A DNA stretch of 64,000 bases, from the sequence record MW741821.1. One strand, written 5' to 3'. Below the pieces are notes generated by a model. That model ran no database searches, was not told the DNA's origin, and saw only the letters and a program-made list of their open reading frames with translations. This document shows positions 28,386 through 37,421 of the stretch, piece after piece (position 1 is the first letter of the stretch; each line of letters opens with the position of its first letter). A program made the translations under genes and the position numbers. This DNA comes from Escherichia phage vB_EcoP_DE5.

Positions 28386-28731
28386 TTGATTCTAGATCTC
28401 TTAGTTGTTCAGCCAATTGTTCGCATTCATTAACGCAGAACTCTTCTGTTCTTGGTATCCCGTTAGGGTTGAACCGTGTCTTATCACCTGCATGGGCACA
28501 ATCAAATCCGATTGTATCTAAACCACCCATCTCTTCAAGGGTGTCTTGCCATGTGACACCACCATGAACACTTACATAACAAACCTCTTCCTTTCCGTTA
28601 TATCCGGTGAAGTTTTTATGTTTTAAGCTGTCTGGTAGCTCTACATATCCACAAAAATGGGAGTCGTTCATGTGCATAATCACAGCACGAAGACCTGATT
28701 TAGTGACCCAATCTTTAACCATGCGTCTCAT
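28378..28731 (-). CDS. hypothetical protein
   Basis: Track ORF trimmed to MRRMVKDW Met with GGTG SD (117 aa). Confidence 0.45.
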   Translation of the reverse strand: MRRMVKDWVTKSGLRAVIMHMNDSHFCGYVELPDSLKHKNFTGYNGKEEVCYVSVHGGVTWQDTLEEMGGLDTIGFDCAHAGDKTRFNPNGIPRTEEFCVNECEQLAEQLRDLESNV

Positions 28732-28769
28732 ATAAGCACCTCTTGTTAGTTTAAGTAAGAGTTGTCCCT

Positions 28770-28803
28770 TAATTAAAACAACAAAGGCCACCCGAAGGCA
28801 GCC
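28770..28803 (-). terminator. Rho-independent terminator (possibly bidirectional)
   Basis: Hairpin GGCUGCC-UUCG-GGUGGCC with U-rich tracts on both sides. Confidence 0.55.
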
Positions 28804-29311
28804 TTTTATTTATTAACTGTTATACGTCCAATTACCTTGCTTGTTACGGATGGCTGACATTGCATGAATCCAAAAGCCTTCCAGTTTCAGAGCACCATTA
28901 GCTACTGCATCCATACGTTCAGGGCGGTTCATACGTTTGGTTGATACTTTCATACCTATCTCTCTTTGTTAGTGGAGGCATTATTGCCAGTTGATATAAG
29001 GGATAGCCCTAGTCAGTAGACTAACCCTGACCGCGTACTCATTGCCGACCTTCTCTGCCTAAGAGTTCAGGTTCTAGAGCTATCTCTTATTCCAACTGGT
29101 GAAGACTCCCTACCCCTAGGAAGTCTCCTGAATCCCAAACCAATACGTACCCCTACATATCGGAAAGTCTTTCGAAAATTAACAGGTTTTAGTCTAACAC
29201 CGGATGTTCGAGCAAGCTCTCCCTAGCGGTGTGGCATATGCCTGAATTAATAAGTTAATGAGGAACACCCTCACATAGCCCTCTGATAAACACAAGGGCT
29301 ATAAGTCGGTG

Positions 29312-29530
29312 TTACTTTTGGGATAAACACAGATCAGGTCGTGGCATAACAGTGGTTGATAGACCGAAGACTTCAACAGAACCACTGCTCAAGTTAGCAG
29401 CCTTACACAAACCATCAGGGGTTTTATCTTCTAGCATCAGCCAGAAACGTTTATCATAAGAGAAAACATCACCACCTTTAACGTCCTCTGCATTTGCATA
29501 TTTAGGATAATCAACTACTTTAATTTCCAT
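29312..29530 (-). CDS. small protein, paralog family member
   Basis: 72 aa; ...AEDVKGGDVFSYDKRFW. Confidence 0.5.
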   Translation of the reverse strand: MEIKVVDYPKYANAEDVKGGDVFSYDKRFWLMLEDKTPDGLCKAANLSSGSVEVFGLSTTVMPRPDLCLSQK

Positions 29531-29540
29531 CTAATTGCCC

Positions 29541-29759
29541 TTATTGATATATAGAAAGGTGGATAAGTTTATTAACATGAGCGAAGTTAGGAAGGATTTG
29601 CATCTCATTGTTGAAGATATTAAAACAACGAACCCCGCCCTCTACAGCATAAGCAGATTTCTGAAACAGACTGCCTCCCCACACAAATACATCATGTGTT
29701 TCAAGAGATCGTAACTGAACAGCCTCGTCAACAACCTTCTTTTCAATGTTCATATTCAC
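29541..29759 (-). CDS. small protein, paralog family member
   Basis: 72 aa; ...LRSLETHDVF. Confidence 0.5.
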   Translation of the reverse strand: MNMNIEKKVVDEAVQLRSLETHDVFVWGGSLFQKSAYAVEGGVRCFNIFNNEMQILPNFAHVNKLIHLSIYQ

Positions 29760-30007
29760 TTCCGATTGGTAATTACTGCATCATGGATAACTGAAACAGG
29801 TAAGTTTGAATCTAGCTTCATTACTTGATTGGTGCTTAAACTGAGCACTACACAACCATTCCGAAGATCAGTCTCTGACACATGTGGTGTATATAACTGA
29901 ACGATCATGTAATAATCAATACATGTTGCCTTAACTTGGAATACATCACCAAGTTTCAAATCACCCACACACAATTCTTTAGCTTTCATCTCAAGATCAA
30001 TCTTCAT
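29756..30007 (-). CDS. small protein, paralog family member
   Basis: 83 aa; ...VGDLKLGDVFQV. Confidence 0.5.
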   Translation of the reverse strand: MKIDLEMKAKELCVGDLKLGDVFQVKATCIDYYMIVQLYTPHVSETDLRNGCVVLSLSTNQVMKLDSNLPVSVIHDAVITNRK

Positions 30008-30233
30008 CTTTAGCCTCTATGTTGGTTATGTGAAGATCACTACGTACTTGGCAGACTTCATCCCGTTTAAAAGGCATGAGCTTTCCAGTTACCACATCAA
30101 CACAGTTGACATAATTGTCTGCGTACAATGTGTCGGTTCTGATGTAAAGGGATTCTTTACGCTCAAACAGAACCCCCGGCTTCATGTTATTTAAGCGAAG
30201 CATTGTACGATCGGATTTAATATTAACTTTCAT
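29997..30233 (-). CDS. small protein, paralog family member
   Basis: 78 aa; ...LNNMKPGVLFER. Confidence 0.5.
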   Translation of the reverse strand: MKVNIKSDRTMLRLNNMKPGVLFERKESLYIRTDTLYADNYVNCVDVVTGKLMPFKRDEVCQVRSDLHITNIEAKDED

Positions 30234-30235
30234 CT

Positions 30236-30493
30236 TTAATCCACCTTATTGGTAAGTCGAGCATTATCAACTACCTGAACAACAGTATCTTTTCTCAACA
30301 TTGTTATTCTATCCGAAGTGAGATCTACTACTACTCTTTCGTCAGGCTTCCAACTAGCTGAATAAACGGTTGAGGAATCTAGCTTTACTGTAAGATATAT
30401 TTTATTTTTAGGTGGAACAGTTTCAAAAACACTCCCCACCTTCAGGTCTTTCAGTTGCTTGACTACAGGGGCTGTATTAATATCATGCTTCAT
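30236..30493 (-). CDS. small protein, paralog family member
   Basis: Trimmed to MKHDINT Met with AGGAG SD; ...LKDLKVGSVFETV. Confidence 0.5.
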   Translation of the reverse strand: MKHDINTAPVVKQLKDLKVGSVFETVPPKNKIYLTVKLDSSTVYSASWKPDERVVVDLTSDRITMLRKDTVVQVVDNARLTNKVD

Positions 30494-30779
30494 TGTTAAT
30501 CTCCTGCTGTTTAGCAATAGCCACTCGCAAGTCTTCATTAGCACGAGCAAGGCGTAACACTTCGTGGTTGAGGTTCTGAAGACGCTTGTTTCTGTCCTCT
30601 ACTTGCATAATAAGATCATTAAGTGTTACTTTAACTTTCTCATTATACATCTCATCCACTCGAACTAGGGATTTATACATTCTCTCCCAGCTTGCTGCTT
30701 TGTTTCTGAGAATAATAAATCCTAGAACGCTGATAGTTAAACAGCTTACAAAAAGGAATTTATATACTTCTAAAGTCAT
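30483..30779 (-). CDS. membrane-anchored coiled-coil protein
   Basis: 98 aa; N-terminal hydrophobic helix then heptad-like charged region. Confidence 0.45.
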   Translation of the reverse strand: MTLEVYKFLFVSCLTISVLGFIILRNKAASWERMYKSLVRVDEMYNEKVKVTLNDLIMQVEDRNKRLQNLNHEVLRLARANEDLRVAIAKQQEINNEA

Positions 30780-30978
30780 ATTATTTACCCTTTATCAGAG
30801 ATTAAAAGTAATATTATTTAAGTAAGTTATATTTAGTAAACTTATTTTCTAAGAAATTTTCAAAGGGTCTATATACAGAGCATTACCCATAGTCCCAGAA
30901 TACTGCCATCTTTTTCAATAAATTTACTAAGTGGTTGGTTTATAAAGGAATTTAGTTTGTCAAATCTGGCACTAGTGA

Positions 30979-31368
30979 TTATTCCCTAGAGCTATTATCG
31001 AACACTAAATCACCACAATACATAGGATTGGCATACCATTTTGGCACCCCTTCGCTCTTACTCTGAAAGTAAGTCCCACTGTACAGCGGAACATAATTCT
31101 TCTTAAGGGCACGTTTAGCTAGCCTCTCGCTTTCTCCAATGGCTTGCTTAGTCATCGGATTTTTATCACGAATCAGCTTTACATAACGTTTATAAGGTTT
31201 CTCCTGTTTTAATAGTACCGGAATCCACTCAAACTGGTTCTTTTGTCTTATCACCTGTTCAGCGGTCAGTTTTCGTTGGGCCATTCTATTTATCACGGTA
31301 TCCGCAACTAAAGCCTTACATGCGGTTGGCTGATTCCCTGCCTCATAATAAATAGTCAATGTCAACAT
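30979..31368 (-). CDS. cell wall hydrolase (SleB-like)
   Basis: 129 aa; EAGNQPTACKALVADTVINR resembles the conserved N-terminal block of SleB-type hydrolases. Confidence 0.55.
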   Translation of the reverse strand: MLTLTIYYEAGNQPTACKALVADTVINRMAQRKLTAEQVIRQKNQFEWIPVLLKQEKPYKRYVKLIRDKNPMTKQAIGESERLAKRALKKNYVPLYSGTYFQSKSEGVPKWYANPMYCGDLVFDNSSRE

Positions 31369-31502
31369 TAGCTGTGCCGTTGTTATCAGAACTTGATACC
31401 TCCTGTTTTACGGGCATAAAAAAGCCCCAGCCGTAGCCGGGGCAAACCTGAAAGCAACACATGACCGTTGCTATAAATACACTCGCAAATGCACTTACAG
31501 CA

Positions 31503-31528
31503 ACGCAAAAAGCCGCTCAAAGGCGGCT
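31503..31528 (-). terminator. Rho-independent terminator (minus strand)
   Basis: Hairpin AGCCGCC-UUUGA-GCGGCU followed by UUUUUG. Confidence 0.55.
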
Positions 31529-31565
31529 ATGCGGAAGCTTCAAATGGGGAGAGGGCACGACGCGA

Positions 31566-31597
31566 CAGAAAGAGCGTCATAGTACTAAAAAGAGAGG
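31566..31597 (-). repeat. conserved 25-30 nt intergenic element (copy 2) containing TTTTAGTACTATGACGC
   Basis: Matches 24434-24462 with a few transitions; followed on the minus strand by terminator 31503-31528. Confidence 0.5.
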
Positions 31598-31758
31598 CTA
31601 TTGGAGAGGTTACTTATTGCCTTCCTTAATGCCTTGTTTTCTTGTTTAACCAATTCGTTTTCTTCTTGCAAGGATGCTACCAGATGGACCAGAACATCAA
31701 CTACTGCATCACCTTGCCGCATCTCTCTGACTTTATTTAGAATCTCTGAATAAATCAT
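31585..31758 (-). CDS. small hypothetical protein
   Basis: 57 aa hand-translated (MIYSEILNKVREMRQ...); ATGA overlap with upstream gene stop. Confidence 0.35.
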   Translation of the reverse strand: MIYSEILNKVREMRQGDAVVDVLVHLVASLQEENELVKQENKALRKAISNLSNSLSF

Positions 31759-32198
31759 TTTACCCTCGCCTCTTTGATGGGGTCGATGTATTTCTCAACG
31801 CCCCACTTGTGTTTACTATCTGCGTAGAAAACATCAGGTGCACATTGGCTTGTTTTAGGGAAGGCTTGCGGGTCTTTCGTGCTCCCCTTAAACTTCTGTT
31901 TACCTCGAGTGCGACCATTACAGAAGATTTCTAACTTCTTCTCCTCTTCTGTTTTAGCTCCCCCGCTCTGTAACAAAGAACGTTTATGATCAGCTAACAA
32001 CAACGCATCAGCCCGATGGACACGATGGCCTACACGTTTTGCCACACTGGAAGGAACATGGGATTCAGCCTCAGCCTTTGCAGCACGACGTTTTAAACTA
32101 CGCTTACTAACGTGATTAGTTGCCTTCGGTTTCTCTTTCTCCAGTTCAGAGATAGAAAAACAACGCCCGCCCTTCATGCTGATTTTTGATTTAGCCAC
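31755..32198 (-). CDS. basic hypothetical protein
   Basis: 147 aa, Lys/Arg-rich. Confidence 0.5.
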   Translation of the reverse strand: MAKSKISMKGGRCFSISELEKEKPKATNHVSKRSLKRRAAKAEAESHVPSSVAKRVGHRVHRADALLLADHKRSLLQSGGAKTEEEKKLEIFCNGRTRGKQKFKGSTKDPQAFPKTSQCAPDVFYADSKHKWGVEKYIDPIKEARVK

Positions 32199-32267
32199 AA
32201 TCTTATTCCTTTCAGTGATAAGTTATATCGGGCAAGCCCATCAAGTCGATAGGCTTGAACAAATAAC

Positions 32268-32477
32268 TTAATCAAGTAAACTAAATGACTTCCAACTGCG
32301 TAGCAGGATTGTACCATCATCCATAACTACACTTAATTGCAATAGTTTTTTGTTGCAACTACTCACCGTTGTAATTCGTCCGGTTGTACTTTTACCTTTA
32401 TTGCTGTAAAGATATACAACACGACGGCCTAACAAGCGGGAAGGTGCTTTCTTAAATGCTGAAATGTTAGTGATCAT
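32268..32477 (-). CDS. hypothetical protein
   Basis: 69 aa; ATGA coupling with upstream ORF. Confidence 0.4.
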   Translation of the reverse strand: MITNISAFKKAPSRLLGRRVVYLYSNKGKSTTGRITTVSSCNKKLLQLSVVMDDGTILLRSWKSFSLLD

Positions 32478-32698
32478 AATGCTTGATACCTTTGAATGTG
32501 TTCAATACGGGTGGATTGAGCAAATGACGCTTTAACAGCCATTTTCCTAACTTCTTCTTTACGCTGGTTAGTGTGTACAGTATCCCAATGATTGTTATCA
32601 CGTTGGCGCTGTAATATCTTACTACATTTGCGATGGTTTCCCGTGCTGCGATGTTTCTCACAAATAGGACACTTGCCAAAATTACTACTGAATATCAT
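32474..32698 (-). CDS. small zinc-finger protein
   Basis: 74 aa; CPICEKH...HRKC. Confidence 0.4.
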   Translation of the reverse strand: MIFSSNFGKCPICEKHRSTGNHRKCSKILQRQRDNNHWDTVHTNQRKEEVRKMAVKASFAQSTRIEHIQRYQAL

Positions 32699-32922
32699 TT
32701 TCTCAATCCCAGCTTTCTTAAGATACGGCCTAACGTTGTTTCTTGCGTGATAATATAGCTGATCGCTTCACGTTCCAATGTTTCAATCTTCATTGGCGAC
32801 GGATACCATTCACCGGTAATAACACATTTACATTCAACGCCATACTTTTTAGATAGGCGGTAATGTTGACCGTTGACAAGATTTCTATAAATCGTGGTAT
32901 GTGTAATTAACATGATCGTCAC
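32695..32922 (-). CDS. hypothetical protein
   Basis: 75 aa ORF. Confidence 0.4.
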   Translation of the reverse strand: MTIMLITHTTIYRNLVNGQHYRLSKKYGVECKCVITGEWYPSPMKIETLEREAISYIITQETTLGRILRKLGLRK

Positions 32923-32965
32923 CTTTGATTAGATTCTTTGATTAATGCACTGAATCAATGCACTG

Positions 32966-33000
32966 ATAAAAGAAAAGGCGCTACCCGTTAAGATAGCGCC
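32966..33000 (-). terminator. Rho-independent terminator (minus strand)
   Basis: Hairpin GGCGCUA-loop-UAGCGCC followed by UUUUCUUUUAU. Confidence 0.55.
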
Positions 33001-33024
33001 TTATGTTTATTCAAATTGTCTTAC

Positions 33025-33933
33025 TTATGCCGCCTGACGTGCCGCCATAATTTCAGCCGCTTTACGCAACACTTCTTCCTCTTCTGCTTTCGCCGCTTGT
33101 TCGGTACGGGTAGCAACCGTTGAAGAGATACGACCGCGCAGACTTTCTAACTTCTCCTGCATAGCTGCAACAGTCTTTTCCATTTCATCAGCGTATGAAT
33201 CGAGTGATTCTAATTCCTTGCTTGATGCGTTCATCAGATAATCATCCGAGATCGCTACCGTTGAGGCCGTGACTTTCTTGATGAGTGAATCAAAGGACTT
33301 TTTAACCTTCCCAACTTCTTCACTCAGGGCGATAGTGTTATCGCTAGTTGCGCCGTTGCGCTCATCAGCCAGTAATTTGGCTTCAATACGGATTGCATTC
33401 AAGCGTTCAACTAAAGCGTAAATATCCTGATTAAAATCTTCCTTGTTTTTCGCCGGAATTTGCAGGTGTGCCGCCACGTTGTCATTACAACCCTTGTAAA
33501 AGTTAGGGTTATCAACTTCAATTTCACGGCCTAAAGCAAAGTTTTCGAAAGCGTTTGACCAGCGAGCGCGGTTTTGTTCCATTTTGGCCTTAATTTGTGC
33601 TTCTTTCGCGTCTTCTTTAGCTTTCGCCTCACCTTCCAGATTAATCCACTTTTTACGACCATTTGCCGCATCGGTGTTAAACTTGATAGGAGTTAAGAAA
33701 GTAATTGCAGTGGCAATCACATCCATATCACGAAAACGTTCAGTTAACAAGAAGTCAACCGCCGTCTGCAATACGTCCAGCTTTTTACCGTTACTGCGGA
33801 AGTGCTGCAAGTGCCCTAACAGGAAGTTAGAAACATCTTGTTTGATCGCCGCGTTATTGCTACGAATGTTGTTAGCCAGTGCGTTAAAACCAGATTCTTT
33901 TACCAGATTAAAGATTTTAGCCATGATATTCAC
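33025..33933 (-). CDS. hypothetical protein (first gene of the minus-strand arm)
   Basis: 302 aa ORF adjacent to the central ORF-free region. Confidence 0.55.
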   Translation of the reverse strand: MNIMAKIFNLVKESGFNALANNIRSNNAAIKQDVSNFLLGHLQHFRSNGKKLDVLQTAVDFLLTERFRDMDVIATAITFLTPIKFNTDAANGRKKWINLEGEAKAKEDAKEAQIKAKMEQNRARWSNAFENFALGREIEVDNPNFYKGCNDNVAAHLQIPAKNKEDFNQDIYALVERLNAIRIEAKLLADERNGATSDNTIALSEEVGKVKKSFDSLIKKVTASTVAISDDYLMNASSKELESLDSYADEMEKTVAAMQEKLESLRGRISSTVATRTEQAAKAEEEEVLRKAAEIMAARQAA

Positions 33934-34747
33934 CTTTCAATTGTAAGGGCGCTATTGCCCCGCTCTCTATGAGCTTGTTTAAGTCACTATTAACTTAACT
34001 ATAACCGCTAACTATTCAGTAGTTATAGGTAAGTGGGGCGGTCTTATCAGGAGTTAACCTTGCCGCCCCCTTATCCGTGATGTTTCATCTGGTATCTTTA
34101 ATTAGTCGCTATAAACGAAGCCGACCTGATAGCGATGATCAATCATCACAATAAGGCAGTGCGTCCGACTCTAATTAGTTACGTTATTGTAACCGTCGGC
34201 AATATCGTTTACTTTGCTTTCGCTCTCGCCTATCCTTTTATATCAACTCTCAATCGCTAGTCATCGCCCACTACGGGATACTATTGCGAAAGAGTCATTG
34301 ACCGTCTAATGTTCCGACGTTTTATATCTTTCGGCAAGTTTACTACATAAACCGACTATGTACTTTCATCATAAGATGAATCTCAAGCCGTTCACATCGT
34401 AAACGTTCACACTAAACCTTATTGTTAAATAGCAATTTGCCACTTTTTAACCACTCCCCGCCGCTCTCAATTGAGCGTTAATTCGTCGGGATTGCCTACC
34501 CTGATTAACTTCTTTCACCGTAGCACCATGTTAGCGATGACCGCCGCTACCCTTAACCGTGGGCGATTAGCTTAAGCCTTTGCGTGTACTCGATGAATCT
34601 GTTTATCAGTGGTGACGTTTCCAGTAAGGGAATGTAAAACTGTTTACCCTGATAATTTAGGGAGTTTTACGCCGTTTTATCTGGTATGTTATCCGATGGT
34701 TATTATCATCTAACATATTCAACCGATATAGGAGAATGTTTAAATTA

Positions 34748-35372
34748 TTAAAGAGCGGTAAATCTATCAGTGTGCTTTCTCACACTATGCAACTGTTAGC
34801 CGTTGTTACGCTTTTCACTGAAGCGATGATTTGCTTAGTGAGTGCTCATTATGAATCATGTTGTTTTCGCTGTCAACCGCTTTTTAATCTTTTTTCGTCG
34901 TTCCCGCTATTGGGAGGATATATCAATCAGCTTTATTTGATTGAAGATTAAGCGGTGAGGCTTAACTTATGACTCATATTGTTAAAGAGCGTTTAGCCTT
35001 TTAAAGTGTCTGCTAATCACTGTCACATTGAAGGCTTACTGATTCATTAACAGGCCGCCTACACCTGAACTAATCGCTGCACTATGTGCCACCTTTCCCG
35101 CGATACGTTGATTTGGGAACTAGTTAGCGATGTTTTGCTAACTTGTGGTTAGTATGGACTACTTTAACCACGTTTGCAACTCTTTTTATCATCTTCTTTT
35201 AATTCCTTTCCCTTATCTCGCGTGAATCTATGCGAAAGGGCAAGATGATAAGTTTTTAAAGAGCGGGATTTTTTAAGTCATCGCTGACTATGCTCACTAT
35301 ATATCAGGCTTTTTCTGGTGTCAATACTCTTTTTAAGTATTTTCACTTTCTAGCCTGATTTTTAAAGAGCGG
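34748..35372. repeat. four dispersed copies of TTAAAGAGCG(G) within an ORF-free region
   Basis: Copies at 34748-34758, 34982-34991, 35246-35256, 35362-35372; no ORF of 60 aa or more between 33950 and 35700 except one short frame. Confidence 0.55.
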
Positions 35373-35603
35373 GGCAAGTTTCCTTGCCTTGTATGTTTTT
35401 CATCGTACCCGATGAATTGAAGTATACGCCAACCAATGTGTAATGCAATAGGGTAAAGCAAATTATTTTAAACTTTTTCATAGTGGGATAGGTAAAAGAA
35501 CGCGCACGCGTGATACATCATAGAAAATAGCTTGTAAAGCATTATTTAACGGCCTGTAACGCATCACAACGAGCTAAAGGAGGGTAAGGAATACAATCAC
35601 CTT

Positions 35604-35632
35604 AGAAATGAGAAAAGCCTCACTAGGAGGCT
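35604..35632 (-). terminator. Rho-independent terminator (minus strand)
   Basis: Hairpin AGCCUC-CUAGUG-AGGCU followed by UUUCUCAUUUCU. Confidence 0.5.
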
Positions 35633-35709
35633 TACAGGAAGGATTTAAAGCAACAGATACAGTAGGACCATAGGCATGACTACGGCACAATATAGGAGAA
35701 AGATTAAGC

Positions 35710-36087
35710 CTATGGATTTACACATTGACCTAAACCGGACTCAATTTCATTCATGGACTCATCAAAGAGCGTCAACGATGAGCGCATCAAGTGATCTATC
35801 GTGATTTGTTTACCGGTAGTTTCATTTACCAGCAGAATAGCTTTGTTATCTGATTGCACATGATCAAAATCATTTACATGCAAAATAATAACTTTAGGTG
35901 ACTGTTTACCAGTTTCATAGTTTTCTATCAAATAGGTGCACTGTAAACTGTCAACCGTAGCAGGGGAGAACATTGCAGCCTTAACACTACCCATAGACGA
36001 TAGGAGAACGCCCAGCAGGAGAACGACAAGGAAGAAGCCCACGAATACTTTTACTACAAATTTGATAATACCCATGATAATAATCAC
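35710..36087 (-). CDS. membrane protein
   Basis: 125 aa; N-terminal transmembrane segment. Confidence 0.5.
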   Translation of the reverse strand: MIIIMGIIKFVVKVFVGFFLVVLLLGVLLSSMGSVKAAMFSPATVDSLQCTYLIENYETGKQSPKVIILHVNDFDHVQSDNKAILLVNETTGKQITIDHLMRSSLTLFDESMNEIESGLGQCVNP

Positions 36088-36172
36088 CTATAGTTAGAGA
36101 ATATAAGAATAAAGCATATCAGCGACGAATAACGCCACTGTAACGACGAACAAGCAACGCCAAAAATAATCA

Positions 36173-36448
36173 CTATTCATCGTTGCTATTCTCGCCAAAA
36201 AATGCTACGCTAATCTGTTCCACTTCTTCCAGCGACAGGAGAATCCCGCGTTGGGCTAAATACTTCCCAACAGTTAGATAATCTTGCACTAAACAGACAA
36301 TAGGAAAGCGTATATTTTGAATCTCACCTTTGGAAAGAAAAGACAAATATCCAACGTCGATTGATTCATCAAAGGACAATGTAACGCCACCGTAATTATG
36401 CGTATCAATTAACGCAATAGTTTCATTTCCCATTGGTATCATCCCCAA
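36173..36448 (-). CDS. hypothetical protein
   Basis: 91 aa ORF. Confidence 0.45.
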   Translation of the reverse strand: MGMIPMGNETIALIDTHNYGGVTLSFDESIDVGYLSFLSKGEIQNIRFPIVCLVQDYLTVGKYLAQRGILLSLEEVEQISVAFFGENSNDE

Positions 36449-36689
36449 TCAGACCATGATTAAGCAGGTTAGCCAGCGACAAATCACCGTCAATATAGAT
36501 TGATCTGAAATCATCGCGGGTAATTTCGAAATCAGCAAAGGCTAGCCAGTCTTTAAGAGGCTGATATTCCATCCTGCAAAAAGTGATAACAGGCAAGATT
36601 ATCTGACCATCAAGTGTATTAAACATGATAGAGCTTCCACCAACAAAACAAGAAAAACCGTTAGATAATTTAACTTCTTTAATAGCCAT
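36423..36689 (-). CDS. hypothetical protein
   Basis: 88 aa ORF. Confidence 0.45.
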   Translation of the reverse strand: MAIKEVKLSNGFSCFVGGSSIMFNTLDGQIILPVITFCRMEYQPLKDWLAFADFEITRDDFRSIYIDGDLSLANLLNHGLIGDDTNGK

Positions 36690-36715
36690 TTTTTACACTC
36701 CCAAAAATAGATTAT

Positions 36716-37207
36716 TTACTTACTAGCCTTAATACAGTTGGCTAAATTAACGTGAACAGTATAAACAGCATTATCAGCATTATTGTAAACAGTGGTGGCG
36801 ATCATCGACTCATTAACTGGGCCATAACTCACTAGATTGGTTACAGCTTTAACATCTTCGTAACGTTGTACAGTGCCATAAGTCACCATATCCGCATCGT
36901 TATCAGTACGCTTGAGAACTAGATCACTGTTAGGCTGATTATCTAACGTTTTAGATTGAAAGAGAACGCCATCATTAGTAACGTTGCTAAATTTCATCTT
37001 TAGCACGGTATTATTGCCGTCACTATCCGCACCGTTGCAAATCATCCAACCCTTATTGATGGAACTAGAGAAGACACTAGCCGCATCAGTTGCAGGAGCA
37101 GGACTAGCGATAGCCTTATCAGAAAGAGATGTGACCAGTGCACTAACACCGATAGCTGCAACCAGTGCATAACTTGCCAGATTAACTACCTGCATTGCTT
37201 TAGCCAT
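36716..37207 (-). CDS. secreted protein with N-terminal signal peptide
   Basis: 163 aa; hydrophobic h-region then Ser/Ala-rich stretch; two Cys that could form a disulfide. Confidence 0.55.
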   Translation of the reverse strand: MAKAMQVVNLASYALVAAIGVSALVTSLSDKAIASPAPATDAASVFSSSINKGWMICNGADSDGNNTVLKMKFSNVTNDGVLFQSKTLDNQPNSDLVLKRTDNDADMVTYGTVQRYEDVKAVTNLVSYGPVNESMIATTVYNNADNAVYTVHVNLANCIKASK

Positions 37208-37421
37208 TTCGTTATTCCTTAGATAGATTCAATCAACTGTCATCAACTATATAATAAAGGAAAAGGCTGTCAACCATCTATTTTCTAACTTTCTTGCATC
37301 CTCCTGAAAACTAAAGGAATTTAATTTGCTAAACTTTCCATACTCAGAGAATCAGCTTACTTCTTATTGTTACTTTATAACACTACGGGTAACAGACCAA
37401 CAGACCAGGACAAACGGGGAT

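Noticed and set aside
34736-34951. 71-aa plus-strand ORF inside the ORF-free central region
   Set aside because: It is isolated, has no ribosome-binding site and overlaps two copies of the TTAAAGAGCGG repeat; more likely a chance open frame.
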